A stretch of 64,000 nt of DNA from Botryllus schlosseri. Its lineage: Eukaryota. The notes below the pieces were generated by a model. The model was not told the origin of the DNA. It saw only the letters and a list, made by a program, of their open reading frames with translations, and ran no database searches. A program made the translations under genes and the position numbers. The stretch is from positions 18,414,001 through 18,478,000 of the forward strand of contig CM119371.1 in NCBI GenBank assembly GCA_051294905.1, read 5' to 3'. Shown piece after piece: positions 35,801-46,688 of this stretch. How positions within the stretch are numbered: the stretch's first letter is position 1; every line of letters begins with the position of its first letter.

Positions 35801-37318
35801 TTCAAGGGAAGCCGATCGATCGTGGACTCGGCCCCGTTCTGCCTCGATGGTGGCGAGGTCCGGGTCCTCGATCGTGACTCTTTCTGGCGATACCTGGGCA
35901 AGAACATGGGTTACCAGGCAACCGAGAAAGGTGAGAAGGCCCTTAAAACTTTCGAGGCCTACTGTGACAGACTTTTCCTGTCACATCTCACCTCATTTCA
36001 GAAGCTGCTCGCACTGAAGAGGTTCGTTATTCCAAGAATCCTTTTTCAGTTGAGAATCCGCAAGTTTTTCCGAAGCGATCTGCGTCGCCTGGATGCGCGT
36101 ATCCGCACGTTGGTGAAGGCGGAATTCCGCCTCCCTAACAGAGCGTGTCAGCCCTTCTTCCATGCTGGGCTGACGACTGGCGGTCTGGGGATTCCCAACC
36201 TCTGCTGCGAAGCAGATGTGTTGAGGCTTTCCCAGGCCGTCAAAATGGTCAATTCCACTGACCCCTCTGTGCGGGCGGTTGCGCGTGGAAGGTTGGCGCT
36301 GGTCGTCCGGAGGACTTGCCGAGTCCCAGAGGCGTCGGAGACCCTGACAGTCGAGTTCTTGAACTGCGTGAGTCTAACAGGGCACGATTCCAGGGCGTAC
36401 GGAGACGCCTACGGGCTTTGGACCGAGGTCCGACCCGTTGCTAGGCGTCTCGGTGCTCGCTGGTTCGTGACCGAAGACGGGCTCTACCAGTTGGCTCTAG
36501 GCGCCGACTGCTGTCAGGATTTGGGTCGTCTTACCAAATTCCTTCACCTGAAGGTGAACCAACGTTGGAAGACACGGTGGATGGAGCTTCCCGACCAGGG
36601 CAAAACTGTGGAGTGCCACAGCCGGTACGGGAGCTCCAATCGCTTCCTCCGGTCTTCCAACGTCCTGACGGCAGTCGAGCGTAGCTGGATGCTTAAAGCT
36701 CGACTGAATCTTCTACCACTCCGGTCGATCCGGGGTCGGTTTAGAAAACGTGTGGAGCCAAGTGTGGTCTGCTGCAAGTGCGGACAGCATACTGAGACCC
36801 TGCCCCACGTACTGAACCACTGCCTGCCAGTGATGGATAGCATCACGAACAGGCACAATTCGGTACTTGGGGTGCTCCTGGACTGTATACCAAGCTCCTC
36901 TTCTTTTTCCAGATGCGATGTGGACCGCGTTTGCGAGGAGCACGCCACATTGGCCAACAGGCGGCTGAGACCCGACCTCATCTTAGCGGATCGTCGCCGG
37001 GTCTTGGTCATCGATGTGGTGTGCCCCTTCGAGAATGGAGTAGCCAGTATGGACGCTGCCGTTGCACTGAAACACTCAAAGTACAAGGACCTCTGTGAGT
37101 CTCTCCGCGTTGCCACGGCCAAGGTGGTGGAGATGCATACGTTCGCGGTCGGGTCCCTGGGGAGTTACCACCCCGGGAACCTGACCACCTTACGTGCGAT
37201 GGGTGTTTCGGTCTTCGAGTCCAGACTGGTCTCCGAGCGAGCCGTGGTCGCTTCTCAGCGCGGCTCTCATCGTGTCTGGAAGGCTTGGTGTAGTGTGCGG
37301 GACCACGAGAGGACTTGA
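32816..37318 (+). CDS. Polyprotein: 5 N-terminal Zn-finger motifs, S/P-rich linker, reverse transcriptase, CCHC knuckle, restriction-like endonuclease
   Basis: ATG at 32816, no stops; SSPGSDGL, WRPIAL, QKGF, WLDIRNAFSTV, GVRQGCPLS, GYADD, WRYLG; CCKCGQHTETLPHVLNHC; RHNSVL, RPDLIL, IDVVCPFE, KHSKY. Confidence 0.95.
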   Translation: MASGKTSPLVVPYHGPGTSVDVACPKLNCGASFSAAISLVEHLAFLHRCDSLIYKCMKCGNFFSDSDHKISCHYRRCKGTRHHSWFACPTCGKCFNAVPKAKDHFKSSHPESALPLDSAFKQSGIPSEILLTVPIKYNGKDATRYPCPVTGCNKQGFPYKLLVSLQKHICSKHDITKNLINYDVVCGRCDQWTILEQPDMIAAKNHWSACRLREAVPASGNLSPTTSTTVSRVDSISPISSRSVVPFAVDAAENSPTSFPGTIPDPALSVANLSLSSDTTSLVTVSSRPWSRISNKSRRSVNSSKKSKNKIKSMRFYPSSSSNSSVSSATSSGPRDSPTVVTSPNSSAPRTPSPILISRFPVRRPVTGALPAARAWLRTAGDSRQSLGRRTTPPKIVVSPPREFTPSPPQSLVKSRLTPVSSPSPIPSLSELFKAPLPGSPSSTQELLARLDRGSPFPTTRDDLKQISSAGSSPNTVDSPPVGQGMSPSRPLADETCAVTAGPAVERSEVTGAVGGCESPTRLPPSVSARDGVDVDVPSPEPSAPRAKVDLRELRSELADLVSECPHNIEAFGHLERELELWTDRASDCSRPPGRKRPRNRYSREAQRRAKVNQLNGQRECRPGAAQHLRSAFWRNQKETVRQIIEDDSGGKRCEIPADIIERKFRADAAADVTDNIAAFPRWMSQHSYQGNLASAVDDESITPSEVAGVLATLNTSSSPGSDGLTYGFWKRLDPKGEILSELFEVCRRCRRIPLVWRSSRVILIPKDRDGDMQDVGNWRPIALSRTLYKIYASVIARRLQSWASDGDVISMEQKGFVPREGVFEHVFMLESLLADAKSSRQDIYLAWLDIRNAFSTVRHGSVIEVLRHFNAPEYLVEVMTDIYASNVFAVATSSGPTDPIPAGKGVRQGCPLSAITFNLVMEVLLRGVAGLQSSGYRFSAADGVTVRVQGYADDTCLCASSRAQLQAQLDLCDEFSRWSGMKFKPAKCRVLALGFKGSRSIVDSAPFCLDGGEVRVLDRDSFWRYLGKNMGYQATEKGEKALKTFEAYCDRLFLSHLTSFQKLLALKRFVIPRILFQLRIRKFFRSDLRRLDARIRTLVKAEFRLPNRACQPFFHAGLTTGGLGIPNLCCEADVLRLSQAVKMVNSTDPSVRAVARGRLALVVRRTCRVPEASETLTVEFLNCVSLTGHDSRAYGDAYGLWTEVRPVARRLGARWFVTEDGLYQLALGADCCQDLGRLTKFLHLKVNQRWKTRWMELPDQGKTVECHSRYGSSNRFLRSSNVLTAVERSWMLKARLNLLPLRSIRGRFRKRVEPSVVCCKCGQHTETLPHVLNHCLPVMDSITNRHNSVLGVLLDCIPSSSSFSRCDVDRVCEEHATLANRRLRPDLILADRRRVLVIDVVCPFENGVASMDAAVALKHSKYKDLCESLRVATAKVVEMHTFAVGSLGSYHPGNLTTLRAMGVSVFESRLVSERAVVASQRGSHRVWKAWCSVRDHERT

Positions 37319-39344
37319 TCCCCCCCCTTCACGTGCTTTTTATTTGTTATGTGTTTTGTGTTATTGGTTATTAGCTTAGTCCGCTAGCCATCACGGGGTT
37401 CGACTGCAGGCAACTGGACACTGGATTGTATCACGGAACTCCTCCCCAAATTAACATAAATGGACCCCTGCTAGTTTTAGTTTTTTGAAGTTGTTTTTCT
37501 GAGCGGTTCTAAATGCTAAGGGGAGGAGTTCCCCCACCTCTCGACAAAAAGTTTGATTTGATTTTTCACCACCACAATTACTATGATAATGCCTGCAATC
37601 GGACCTCGCCAGTTCGTCCCTTATTTTTTGTGTTGTATGTCGGCCTCCACCACATATATCGTGTGTTTTTGGTGGAGGCCTTTGTCTGTGTTGGTGTCCC
37701 CTGTCCCCGGGCGAACTGGCCATGTCTTCTCTGGCCCTTATATTATTATCGCATTTTTCAGTATGTGATTTTCGCCATTTATTTTTTGTTAAATAAAATC
37801 TTTTTCCCCGTCACCGTAAATGGCGGGTATTGTTCTGTGATTATGTTTTGCATTTTCACAAGGTGACCGAAGTCGCGACTGTATTTATTTCAACGTGCAA
37901 TTTCATTTCATTGAATTTTTGCCGAAATAAAATATTACAACAAAAAAGTAGAGGGTAGAGTCAAAGTCATGGTGTTTGGACTCGAGTTCGAATTCAAGTC
38001 ATTATGTTCGCAGTCTAGTTTTGAGTTCAATCCACTTTTTTCAACTCTGTTCGAGCGATATAGAATGGCTCGCATTCATGGTATAGTAATTTTCCTCAGT
38101 CTTAGCAGTTTCTGGGCATATTTTCCAAGTATGAGGACTGATAGACGAAATACCAATCATGTGGTGACTTTATTATTCTTCAAAGTTACAATGAAATGTC
38201 TGTCTTGGCCGTCCTAGTCTCGAGTCATATGACTTGGTTCGAGTGATGCACAATGACTCGAGTCCAATTCGAGTCGATACAAAAATGGGCATCGGGTGAG
38301 TCGAGTAATTTTATGCATTTGAAAATATGACTCGAGTCAAGTCGCGTCATGTCTCGCGTCATTACAGCCTTGAAATGTGGTCCATCCTGATCTTCTTTGA
38401 GATCTTGGTAGCTTGTGTCAGTTGTCACACCTTGTTTAACGTCCAATGGAAATTAGATAAATTTGATTTTTTAATTTCAAATTTATTAATCTTTGTCATT
38501 CAGCTTTTCCCACGTAAGGGTTGCCAGTTGCCGCAGCTCATGAGTGATCCGCATTATAGTCTGTGCCAGAGATTAGCACTTGATTCCCTTCCTGCCCAAC
38601 CCTATCCATTGTGCTGACTTGGGATAGGCACTGGAATCGCTTTTGCTTGTCAGTGGCAGGGTTTTAGGGTGACGTCGGTTCGGAATTCTGGCCTGCCGAA
38701 TTGGAGACCAGAGCACGACCCTATGAGCTATAGCGGCTACCTCAATCTTGACTGTCCCGGTCCCTGAAATTTATTTTCAAGTTTCTTACGGCTTGGATAA
38801 ATGTTATTTGGACATGTGATGGTTTGTTTTTCGCTCGAGAACACTGCATTGATATCTGATTTTGTTAAATATTGATATCAATCTGTTGTTGATTGATGTT
38901 ACCGCCTGCCCCTGCTTACAGCATAGCATGTCTGTTTGACTCAACCATCCATTCTTTTTTCCAGAATGTTTTATCGACAGGATTCAACTGGGATGCTGGA
39001 GAACAACCATACCTATCTGGTGTTTTGCTGGAACTGGAAAATGCGCTCATCAATCATGCCATGGAAGCATCGTGTGTAAAGTATAAATATTAATAATCTC
39101 CTTAAATTTCTTCCCGTAGAAATAGCAATTTGAAGGCTTGTCAAAGCTACTTCAACTATAAGTTTAAAATGAATGGTATGAAAGTACTCGAGCAAGTAGT
39201 TTTAAAGACTTTTCGCAGGTGGCTACTTTAGGCTAACGCAGTTGTTCACCACCTTTTTGGTCATGCCCCCCTTGATGATGGTCAAAAATTCCACGCCTTA
39301 TCGAAATATAAAAAATCTAATGTTTGCAATCCCAACGCAATGAC

Positions 39345-39856
39345 TAGGGCTTGGCAAAATGGAGTACCTGAATGATGCGATTCATAATCACGTATTACGC
39401 TTAGGGTCGAGTATTCGAGTATCACTCATTATGACGTCACAACAGAATGTAATATGTCGAAGTTCAAATATGTGCCTTTTATGCCACCACAAATAACATA
39501 ATGCCTGTTGTCCGTCACATTGAAGATACTTTGATATTTTTTCGACCATACCGATTTCATTGCACTTACTGACAATGTTGTGGGATAATCATGACTTCCG
39601 AAATGTGTTATTCCCAGTAACGTTCGTAGCTAGGTGTACTGTGTCTCATATGCTGCGACACGGCCAATCAAGGTTTCAAGGCTTCAACAGTGAAAATTGG
39701 TATCAAAACTATAATTCTCGTTAGTAAATTAAGTTTCAGTTGTGAGGAGCGTATAATTTCAGTACTCGAAAAAAATCGTCTCACACTGCTTGACTCGAAT
39801 CATTAAAATTAATACTCAATTCAGATTCGAGTATTCGAATCATTGTGCCCAACCTA
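39345..39856. mobile_element. MITE, inverted relative of 24303-24812
   Basis: Termini TAGGGCTTGGCAAAAT / TGTGCCCAACCTA; internal sequence is the reverse complement of the 24.3-kb copy. Confidence 0.8.
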
Positions 39857-40091
39857 AGTTCTGGCTGATGAGGGACAAACATGATATTGGGATTATACAT
39901 AGAGCAATATTTTGTCCAAAATAATTAAGTGCAATGGTAACATGTCTCATTTATATAATTTAGCGATTGAGTGTTTCTTCCCTTCTGTTATCGCACTTGT
40001 GCTTAGCTCAAACGTGCTCGACCATGGACTAAATTAAAAGCCAATGGCCCGACCAAACGTCATCAAACTTGGTAGTTCTTCACGTGATAAA

Positions 40092-40649
40092 CAGGGTTGT
40101 AATGACTCGACTCAAGTCGCGATTTTTTGGTGACTCGACTTGACTGGAGTCATTTTTTCAAATGTGTCAAATGACTCGACTCGGGTAAATTTTAGTATTG
40201 ATCAACTTGTACTCGAGTCATTATACTGTGCATGACTCGAGACTAGGACGGCCAAGACATTTCATTGTAACTTTGAAGAATAGTAAAGTTACCGGTAGGC
40301 GGTAGCACAATATTGGTATTTCGTCTATCAGTCCTGATACTTGGAAAATACGACCAGAAACTGGTAAGACTGAGGAAAATTACTATGTTATGAATGCCAG
40401 CCACTCCAGCAGAGTTGGAAAAAGTGGGTTGAACTGGATTGAAATCAAAACTGAACACTGATGAACAATATGACTTGAAATCGGACTCTAGTCAAACACC
40501 ATATGACCCGGACTGCACCCTCAACTAGCTCACTTGGACTTGGACTTGACTCGGTGGTGAATTGAAAATGACTCGACTTGACTCGAGTCAAAACTATAAA
40601 AGTGAGATTCACTTGTGACTCGGAACCTTATGACTTGGTTACAACCCTG
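40092..40649 (-). mobile_element. GACTCGAGTC-rich hAT MITE
   Basis: TIR CAGGGTTGTAA / TTACAACCCTG; TSD degraded (GTGATAAA / CGGACAAA). Confidence 0.85.
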
Positions 40650-41562
40650 CGGACAAACATTTTTTCTCTACTGGTCGCAGGTGTTTGGCGAGAGAACAGT
40701 ATCAACTCGGCACTTTAAGGGGACTAGCAAGTCAAAAACTTAACTCTCAGATGGCTACCCCCATCATCATGAAATTTTCACAGTCGATAGATGTCGCTAT
40801 GCTATATACAAAAAAACAAAAAGTTTAGTCCTACCCTGCAGATTGTGGATTTGAAAGAAAAAAATGCACCGACACGGGGAATGCAAAATCTCAATATTGT
40901 GAAGTCCTTTTTTCAATCTAACGCCTTCTTTAGGAAGTACTAGGACAGTGCTGTGTTATGCTAAAATTTGAAGGAATATGTGAAATCCCATTTTGAAATT
41001 TTGAAATATCAAATTTCAAGTCATTTCTAGAAGAGTTTGCTGTGAAGCTCTGTAATTCAGAGCAAGGTAGACGTAGGCCAAACGTCTCTTAGCATAACAC
41101 AGGTCTCTATGTTGACTTTTCAAAAACTTAATTGAATTTGAGGTTTTATTATCTTAAACTATACCCTCCAAATAATCGGGAACCTTGGTATCTCCATGAA
41201 ATTTAGATGCAATTTCGATGATTTTTTTCCAAATCCGTCTTGGTAATAAGAAATAGGTGGTTTTTCGTGAGAACTTTTTCTAGAATGTATTTAGAACGTG
41301 CACCGGCAGTGGCTCTTTAACAATGCGCACAAAAGTCAAAAACGATAAAATTATCCTGTGCCCAAATTTTGAAAACTGAACCCTGGTCTGATCTGAATGT
41401 GATTCTGAATTCGTGTTTCGCCTCAGTTCAAATTTGCCATGAACTCGAGTTCTTGAAAAAGTAGCACGGAAATTGTAGACAATCAGAAATTATGTGTCCA
41501 AATCTGGTTTTAAATCGTAAATTCTGATGCAAATCGTCTTCTACAAATTGTATTTTTCCCAG

Positions 41563-41724
41563 GTTCGGTTTCCAGCCCACTTCACATCCGAGCTGAAATA
41601 CCTCCTCCGCAACCTCCATCAGGTCGACCTGACCAAACGATACGGCAACCTGAGAAACGACGTTGCAGACGTCAAGAACCGCTGGTTTTTGGCCGCCGAC
41701 TGGTTCGCGATTTACCGGAGAAAA
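41563..41724 (+). pseudogene. PRKACA-like: PKA catalytic subunit, exon 9 equivalent
   Basis: TTTTTCCCAG acceptor, [60 protein letters not shown] donor; boundaries match vertebrate exon 9, one codon shorter. Confidence 0.9.
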
Positions 41725-41819
41725 GTAAGTTGACAGCATTTGGTTTTCAGGGCCAGTTAGGGCTGGGCAGTTGAGCGTGTCTAGTAGAAATCCTTTGATA
41801 CTATACTGACTACCGGAGA

Positions 41820-43786
41820 TAGGGCGCTCTAAAAATGATGCGGTCTCGCATTAAGGGGCACTGCACTCTAAAATGATGTGGTCTCAAATTGAAGGGCAAA
41901 ACGATATAAAAATCTTGGCCGCACCCGTTTGCTTCAGAACGCCACGGTAATGAAGCTGCAATGCACCGAAATTTCGATAGCAACTTCACGCTCCAGCAGT
42001 CACGCAGAGATTGAACTTTATATCGTTGTCAGCCGATGTTATGAAGGAAATAGAATACACTAGGCCCGATTTTTACATAAATTTCCTGACTGGACATCTT
42101 CCATTGAACGCGGTATCTAAACCACCTTGGCGTGTACGACATATTTCCTTCATAACATCGGCTGACATCTATATGAACTTTGATCTCTGCGTGACTGCTG
42201 GAGCGTGATGCCCCTGTGGAAATTTCAATATATTGTAGCTCCATGACAATGACGTTCTGAAGAAAACTGCTGGGGCCAAAATTTTTATCTCGTTTTGCCC
42301 TACAATTTGAGACCACATCATTTTTGAAGTGCAGTGCCCCTTTAAAGCGCAGATCGAAAAAATGATTTTGGCCGCAGCCATTGTCTGCAGAAAGCCACCG
42401 TAATGGAGCTGCAATTGAATGAATTTCGCATAAGACCCGTTACGCTCCAGCTACCACGTTTCTTAACCCGTTGCGAAATTTCTGGCTCGATATCTTCACC
42501 GTCTCACTTACTCGACGCGACCTCCATATTGTAGCTTCATTTCTTGATGTAGTACGGGGAAAACATATGGTGTGTCATTCACTTTGCTGCCACAATCCAT
42601 CTGATACAACAGCACGTACTCTCAATGTCACTTGCAACATGTAGCCTATATAATCACCATACTGGTCGAGGCGCAGTTGTACGCTACATGTAATGTGCTG
42701 TGCTAGTGTCTTATGATCTGACACTCGCCAAGATTGAACTAGTTATTACAGTAGAAAAATTTGGATTTGAATTAAATAGTATTTACAGTGGCTAACTTTT
42801 TAATTATTTATTATAAAATCATGGAATTAGAAATCTTGCTACTGCAATAACTTTGCTTCTAGTGGTTGGAATTGAGCCAAATATGGTTTGCATCATCTCT
42901 ACTGACAGCCTAACAATTTTAAGGGGAAGACAGAAAAAATTTGAAATTTTACTTTTCATTTTTTATATAATAAATTCAAAACTTTCTACTGCAAGAATCT
43001 CGTTTCTACTGGTTGGATTTGAGCCAAATTTGGTGTGCAGCGTTGTTTTAGCCAACATAATAATTTTATCACGTAGCCAGTGAAATTTGAAAAAAAAATT
43101 GTTTTTGAACAGCCCTGAACAATGAACATTCTCAAGGACACATTCAAATTCACTTTAAATATTAGAAACAGCTGGCCTCTACAGGGAATTATCCAAATGA
43201 AGTCACAGCGACCGAATACGTTCTTGGCCAATGGCGTTTGTCGCTGTACTTTACCGTATGCACTACAAAAATGCTGTCATTTTACATCAATAATAATGAG
43301 GCACAGCCGGCACCACCTTCGTTATATCATTTTTGTGAATTGTGCATTTGTTGATATACAAATTATGCATCTATATTAATTCCCTATTTGATTAGACGGC
43401 ATTGGCGCAGCATGGTACCGGTAATGTACGACATAGCCTCGACAGTATCGTGGTTATACATATGTTGCACGTGGCATTGAGAGTCCGTGCTGTTGTATCA
43501 CTTGGAAGCAAACTGAGTGTCGCACTCGCAGCATATGTTCATCATATACTACATAAAGAAATTGAGCTACAACATGGAGGTCGCGTCGAGCAAGTGCGTC
43601 GGTGAAGATAGCGCCAGAAATTTCGCAACGGGTTAAGAACCGATGACGCGCCACCTTATACAAAAATCAATTAATTGCAGCTCCATTACGGTGGCTTTCT
43701 GACGAAATGGCCGCGGCCCAAAATTTTTTTTCGATCTGTTCTTCAATTTGAGACAACATCATTTTTAGAGCGCAGTGCCCCTTTAA
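41820..43786. mobile_element. TTAA-flanked non-autonomous TIR elements (Kolobok/piggyBac-like ends), one (41851-42345) nested in another
   Basis: Ends TTAA(A)GGGGCACTGC(A/G)CTCTAAAAATGATG / CATCATTTTT...GCAGTGCCCCTTTAA; related end near 18055. Confidence 0.6.
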
Positions 43787-44401
43787 AGTGCTTCGAGTCA
43801 GTTTAGTGTAGTGACTTGTCTTGAGTCACGTCACAACATTGACTTGAATATTCAACTCCTCGACTCGACGCAAACATTATATTCGTAATGGAATAACCAT
43901 GGTACTCAACTTTTCCCAGCTGCGGCAGTGACTCAAATGAATTCAGTTAAGGTAATGACTCGAGTTACCCTTATGCTGACTCAAATACTCAACCCGAAAT
44001 CGAATCAACCGGATAGCTTCTAGATTTTGCTCTACCCTGCTGTCGTCGCCATCACGTTATTTAGGGTGCCATACTTCATCCAAATACCTCATGTCCTCCT
44101 TGTTGGCAATTCTTCCTCCTTTATAACTTTAAAAGTCATGCAATCTAGGCACAACGAATACGCCATAAAAGAGAGGGAATCTGGATTTGGACGGCAAGGA
44201 TGACTAAAGACAACAAGAAAGGTCATCCAAAACCTAAATGACGTCATAGTAGGACTTCGGTAGTCTTGTTTTTGTAGAAATTGTCCTCTTTTCCTGATTT
44301 CGAAATATGGTAACCCAAAAGTTATCCGAAATTTGTTAAATCTAAAAATTCAAAACCGAAGTATCTCGAAAAAGAAAGACAAATGCCAATCACATCCCTG
44401 C

Positions 44402-44956
44402 CAGAGTTGTAACCAAGCCACAAGGCTCCGAGTCACAAGTCAAATTCTCTTTTATAGTTTTGACTCGAGTCAAGTCGAGTCATTTGCAATTCACCACCTA
44501 GTCAAGTCCGAGTCCAAGTCAGCGAGCAGTGGGTCGAGTCCAAGTCATGGTCTTACGACTCAAGTTCAAGTCTTTGATTTGACTGCTCAGTTTCCAGTTA
44601 AAGTCCTGTTAAACCCACTTTCTATAACTCTGTTTGTTGATATCGAATGGTTCGCATTTTTAATATACTAATTTTCCGCATTTTCAATTACCAGTACCAA
44701 TAGACGAAATCACAATTGTGTGGTTACTATTCTTCGAAATCACAATGAAACGTTGGTCTTGGCCGCCTGAGTCTCGATTCATATGACTTGGTTCGAGTCA
44801 TACGCAATGACTTGAGTCTAAGTCAAGTCAATTCAATTCACAGATTGACTCGAGTCGAGTCGATTCACTTCAATGTTTTTCGAAAATGACTTGAGTCAAT
44901 TTGAGTCAAAAAATCGTGACTCGAGTCGAGTCATGACTCGAGACAATACAACCCTG
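44402..44956 (+). mobile_element. GACTCGAGTC-rich hAT MITE
   Basis: TIR CAGAGTTGTA / TACAACCCTG; perfect TSD ATCCCTGC at 44394-44401 and 44957-44964. Confidence 0.9.
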
Positions 44957-45000
44957 ATCCCTGCGGTGATAGATATTGACCCCGGTGCGTTATTTACCAG

Positions 45001-45101
45001 ATGTAATCGCCGTTCGTCCGAAATTGAAGCGCGCCTTGGATAAGTCCGAGAAGGAGAGACAGCTGCGAGTTCACGTGACTGGGAAGCAAGTCAACTTTTG
45101 A
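45001..45101 (+). pseudogene. PRKACA-like: Probable PKA catalytic subunit last exon (exon 10), heavily degenerate
   Basis: TTATTTACCAG acceptor, then M*SPFV(fs)PKLKRALDKSEKERQLRVHVTGKQVNF* vs [41 protein letters not shown]; stop, frameshift and deletions needed. Confidence 0.5.
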
Positions 45102-45231
45102 TTCGGGTTTGGACCACGCCCAGGCCGAGGACGATACATTTACAAAGTATTCGAGATCATATTGGTAATTGCACTATCGAGAATTGAGCCCGGTCAAAGT
45201 GTAGAGGCAGCGTAATCACTTCCGGGATAAG

Positions 45232-46305
45232 CCTGGCTGTGGAATCGGTAAATTTTACCACCCACTCCATTATACCGCCTCCGACTCCGGAGTGTTCAAA
45301 CATATCGACTTCAACTAGTTTCTCGAAAGAACTCTGACTCCATCACTATTACCAATTTACTTCGGTTAAATAACTATCGTTAACCATGAAACATACGCAA
45401 ACATATGATTAACGATGGCATGCAAAGTTGTTTCATTTTGACCCACACAAATTATTCACTATGCAATTACCTTGAAAAAATGCATTTCTAAATATCCTTC
45501 CTTTTTTCATATTTTATCAGTTTTTATAACATGGACTCTCTAATACCCTAATATGTATGAATATGAACCATTCAAACATGACATATACCCAATCCTGTAT
45601 AATTAAAATGTAAATAAAACAATCGAAGTGGAGCTCTTGTGTATGAGTCGGCAACTGATACAGAGATGTAACTTCCTTATTTCCTCATTACACACTATAA
45701 TGGTTACAAGCACACACACTCTCACTACTAATAAACATTGGTCAGAAACGAAATTTAGGAAGTACGGTAGTCAGATAGCATATGTCTAGTCTACATGCAC
45801 TTAGTATTCAAGGACTAAGACTCTCAGTCTTTCTTGATCAATTGTTCGACCCAAACAGCTGAGCTGCAGTACAAATATTTTTAATTTTGTCAAGTGGCAA
45901 GCAGCGTTTGGTTATATTTACATCAATTTTACAACTTTACAAAACCAGACGATGTATAATTACAAAAATTGCACCAATTTGTGACAGAGTCGTGGAGATG
46001 CAATTACGATTTATTTCCTCTATGCAACTGAATGGCAATTTCCAAGTAATGTCCAATTTTATCAATATCGTTACTAATAACACTGATTGATGGTACATAA
46101 AAATCCTATTTTAGTTAGTATTAGCAACTTGAAGATACTATTTAAGCAATTGTTTTCGTAATAAAGAAGTCAGTGTCGGGGTCATTTTCACAAACTCCAC
46201 TCAGTATTCTTTTCACGACTCCGACTCCAGCCACTATATGTTTCTCGTCGTCAATTCCAGGCGCGCTAAAAAAAAGATTAGCCAAATTCCGTCACCACAG
46301 CGCTG
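45232..46305 (+). mobile_element. hAT MITE of the (CCGACT)n family (relative of 1781-7192)
   Basis: Termini CCTGGCTGTGGA / CCACAGCGCTG; TSD GGGATAAG / GTTATAAG; shared internal sequence. Confidence 0.8.
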
Positions 46306-46688
46306 GTTATAAGACCTCGTCTATGTATATTTGTACCGCGTGAGAATTTATTCACGATTTTCTTTCTGTAAAACCTTATGCCGAAATATATTCGCTTCTG
46401 ACACTTTTGCGCTATATTAGGTTTCTTCATACAAGACAGATTTAGGAAATAGCGTTCAGGTAGAAACTCATCATCATGATCATAGGTTTGTTAGCAATTT
46501 TATCAGTTCCATACACCACAAAAATGCGATACAGTGAAAAGATAGGAAGTTGTCTTCGAGTAGTCTACAGAATTAGACACCCACCTTGGCCTAGGGCCTA
46601 GGCGATGTTAAGAGGAGGCATGTACACTGAATGAAAAGTAAAAGAAGATAGTGTTGAAAAAAAGCAAGCGACAAGATTGGGGTGACAT

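Larger units (their letters stand above)
31762..37947 (+). mobile_element. Full-length RLE-type non-LTR retrotransposon, NeSL clade, Utopia-like
   Basis: U2 head, ~1-kb 5' UTR, single 1500-aa ORF, ~630-nt 3' UTR with AATAAA (37926-37931) and a short A tail (37942-37947). Confidence 0.85.
31654..38372 (+). mobile_element. GACTCGAGTC-rich hAT MITE split by the non-LTR element (halves 31654-31761 and 37948-38372)
   Basis: Termini CAGGGTCTAAC / TTACAGCCTTG; degenerate TSD TAATGTGA / AAATGTGG; the two halves join into the family consensus seen at 40092-40649 and 44402-44956. Confidence 0.85.

Noticed and set aside
38480-39100. Missing PKA exon 8 or another host exon
   Set aside because: Checked frames on both strands; no GYNKAVDWW-like sequence and no recognisable protein
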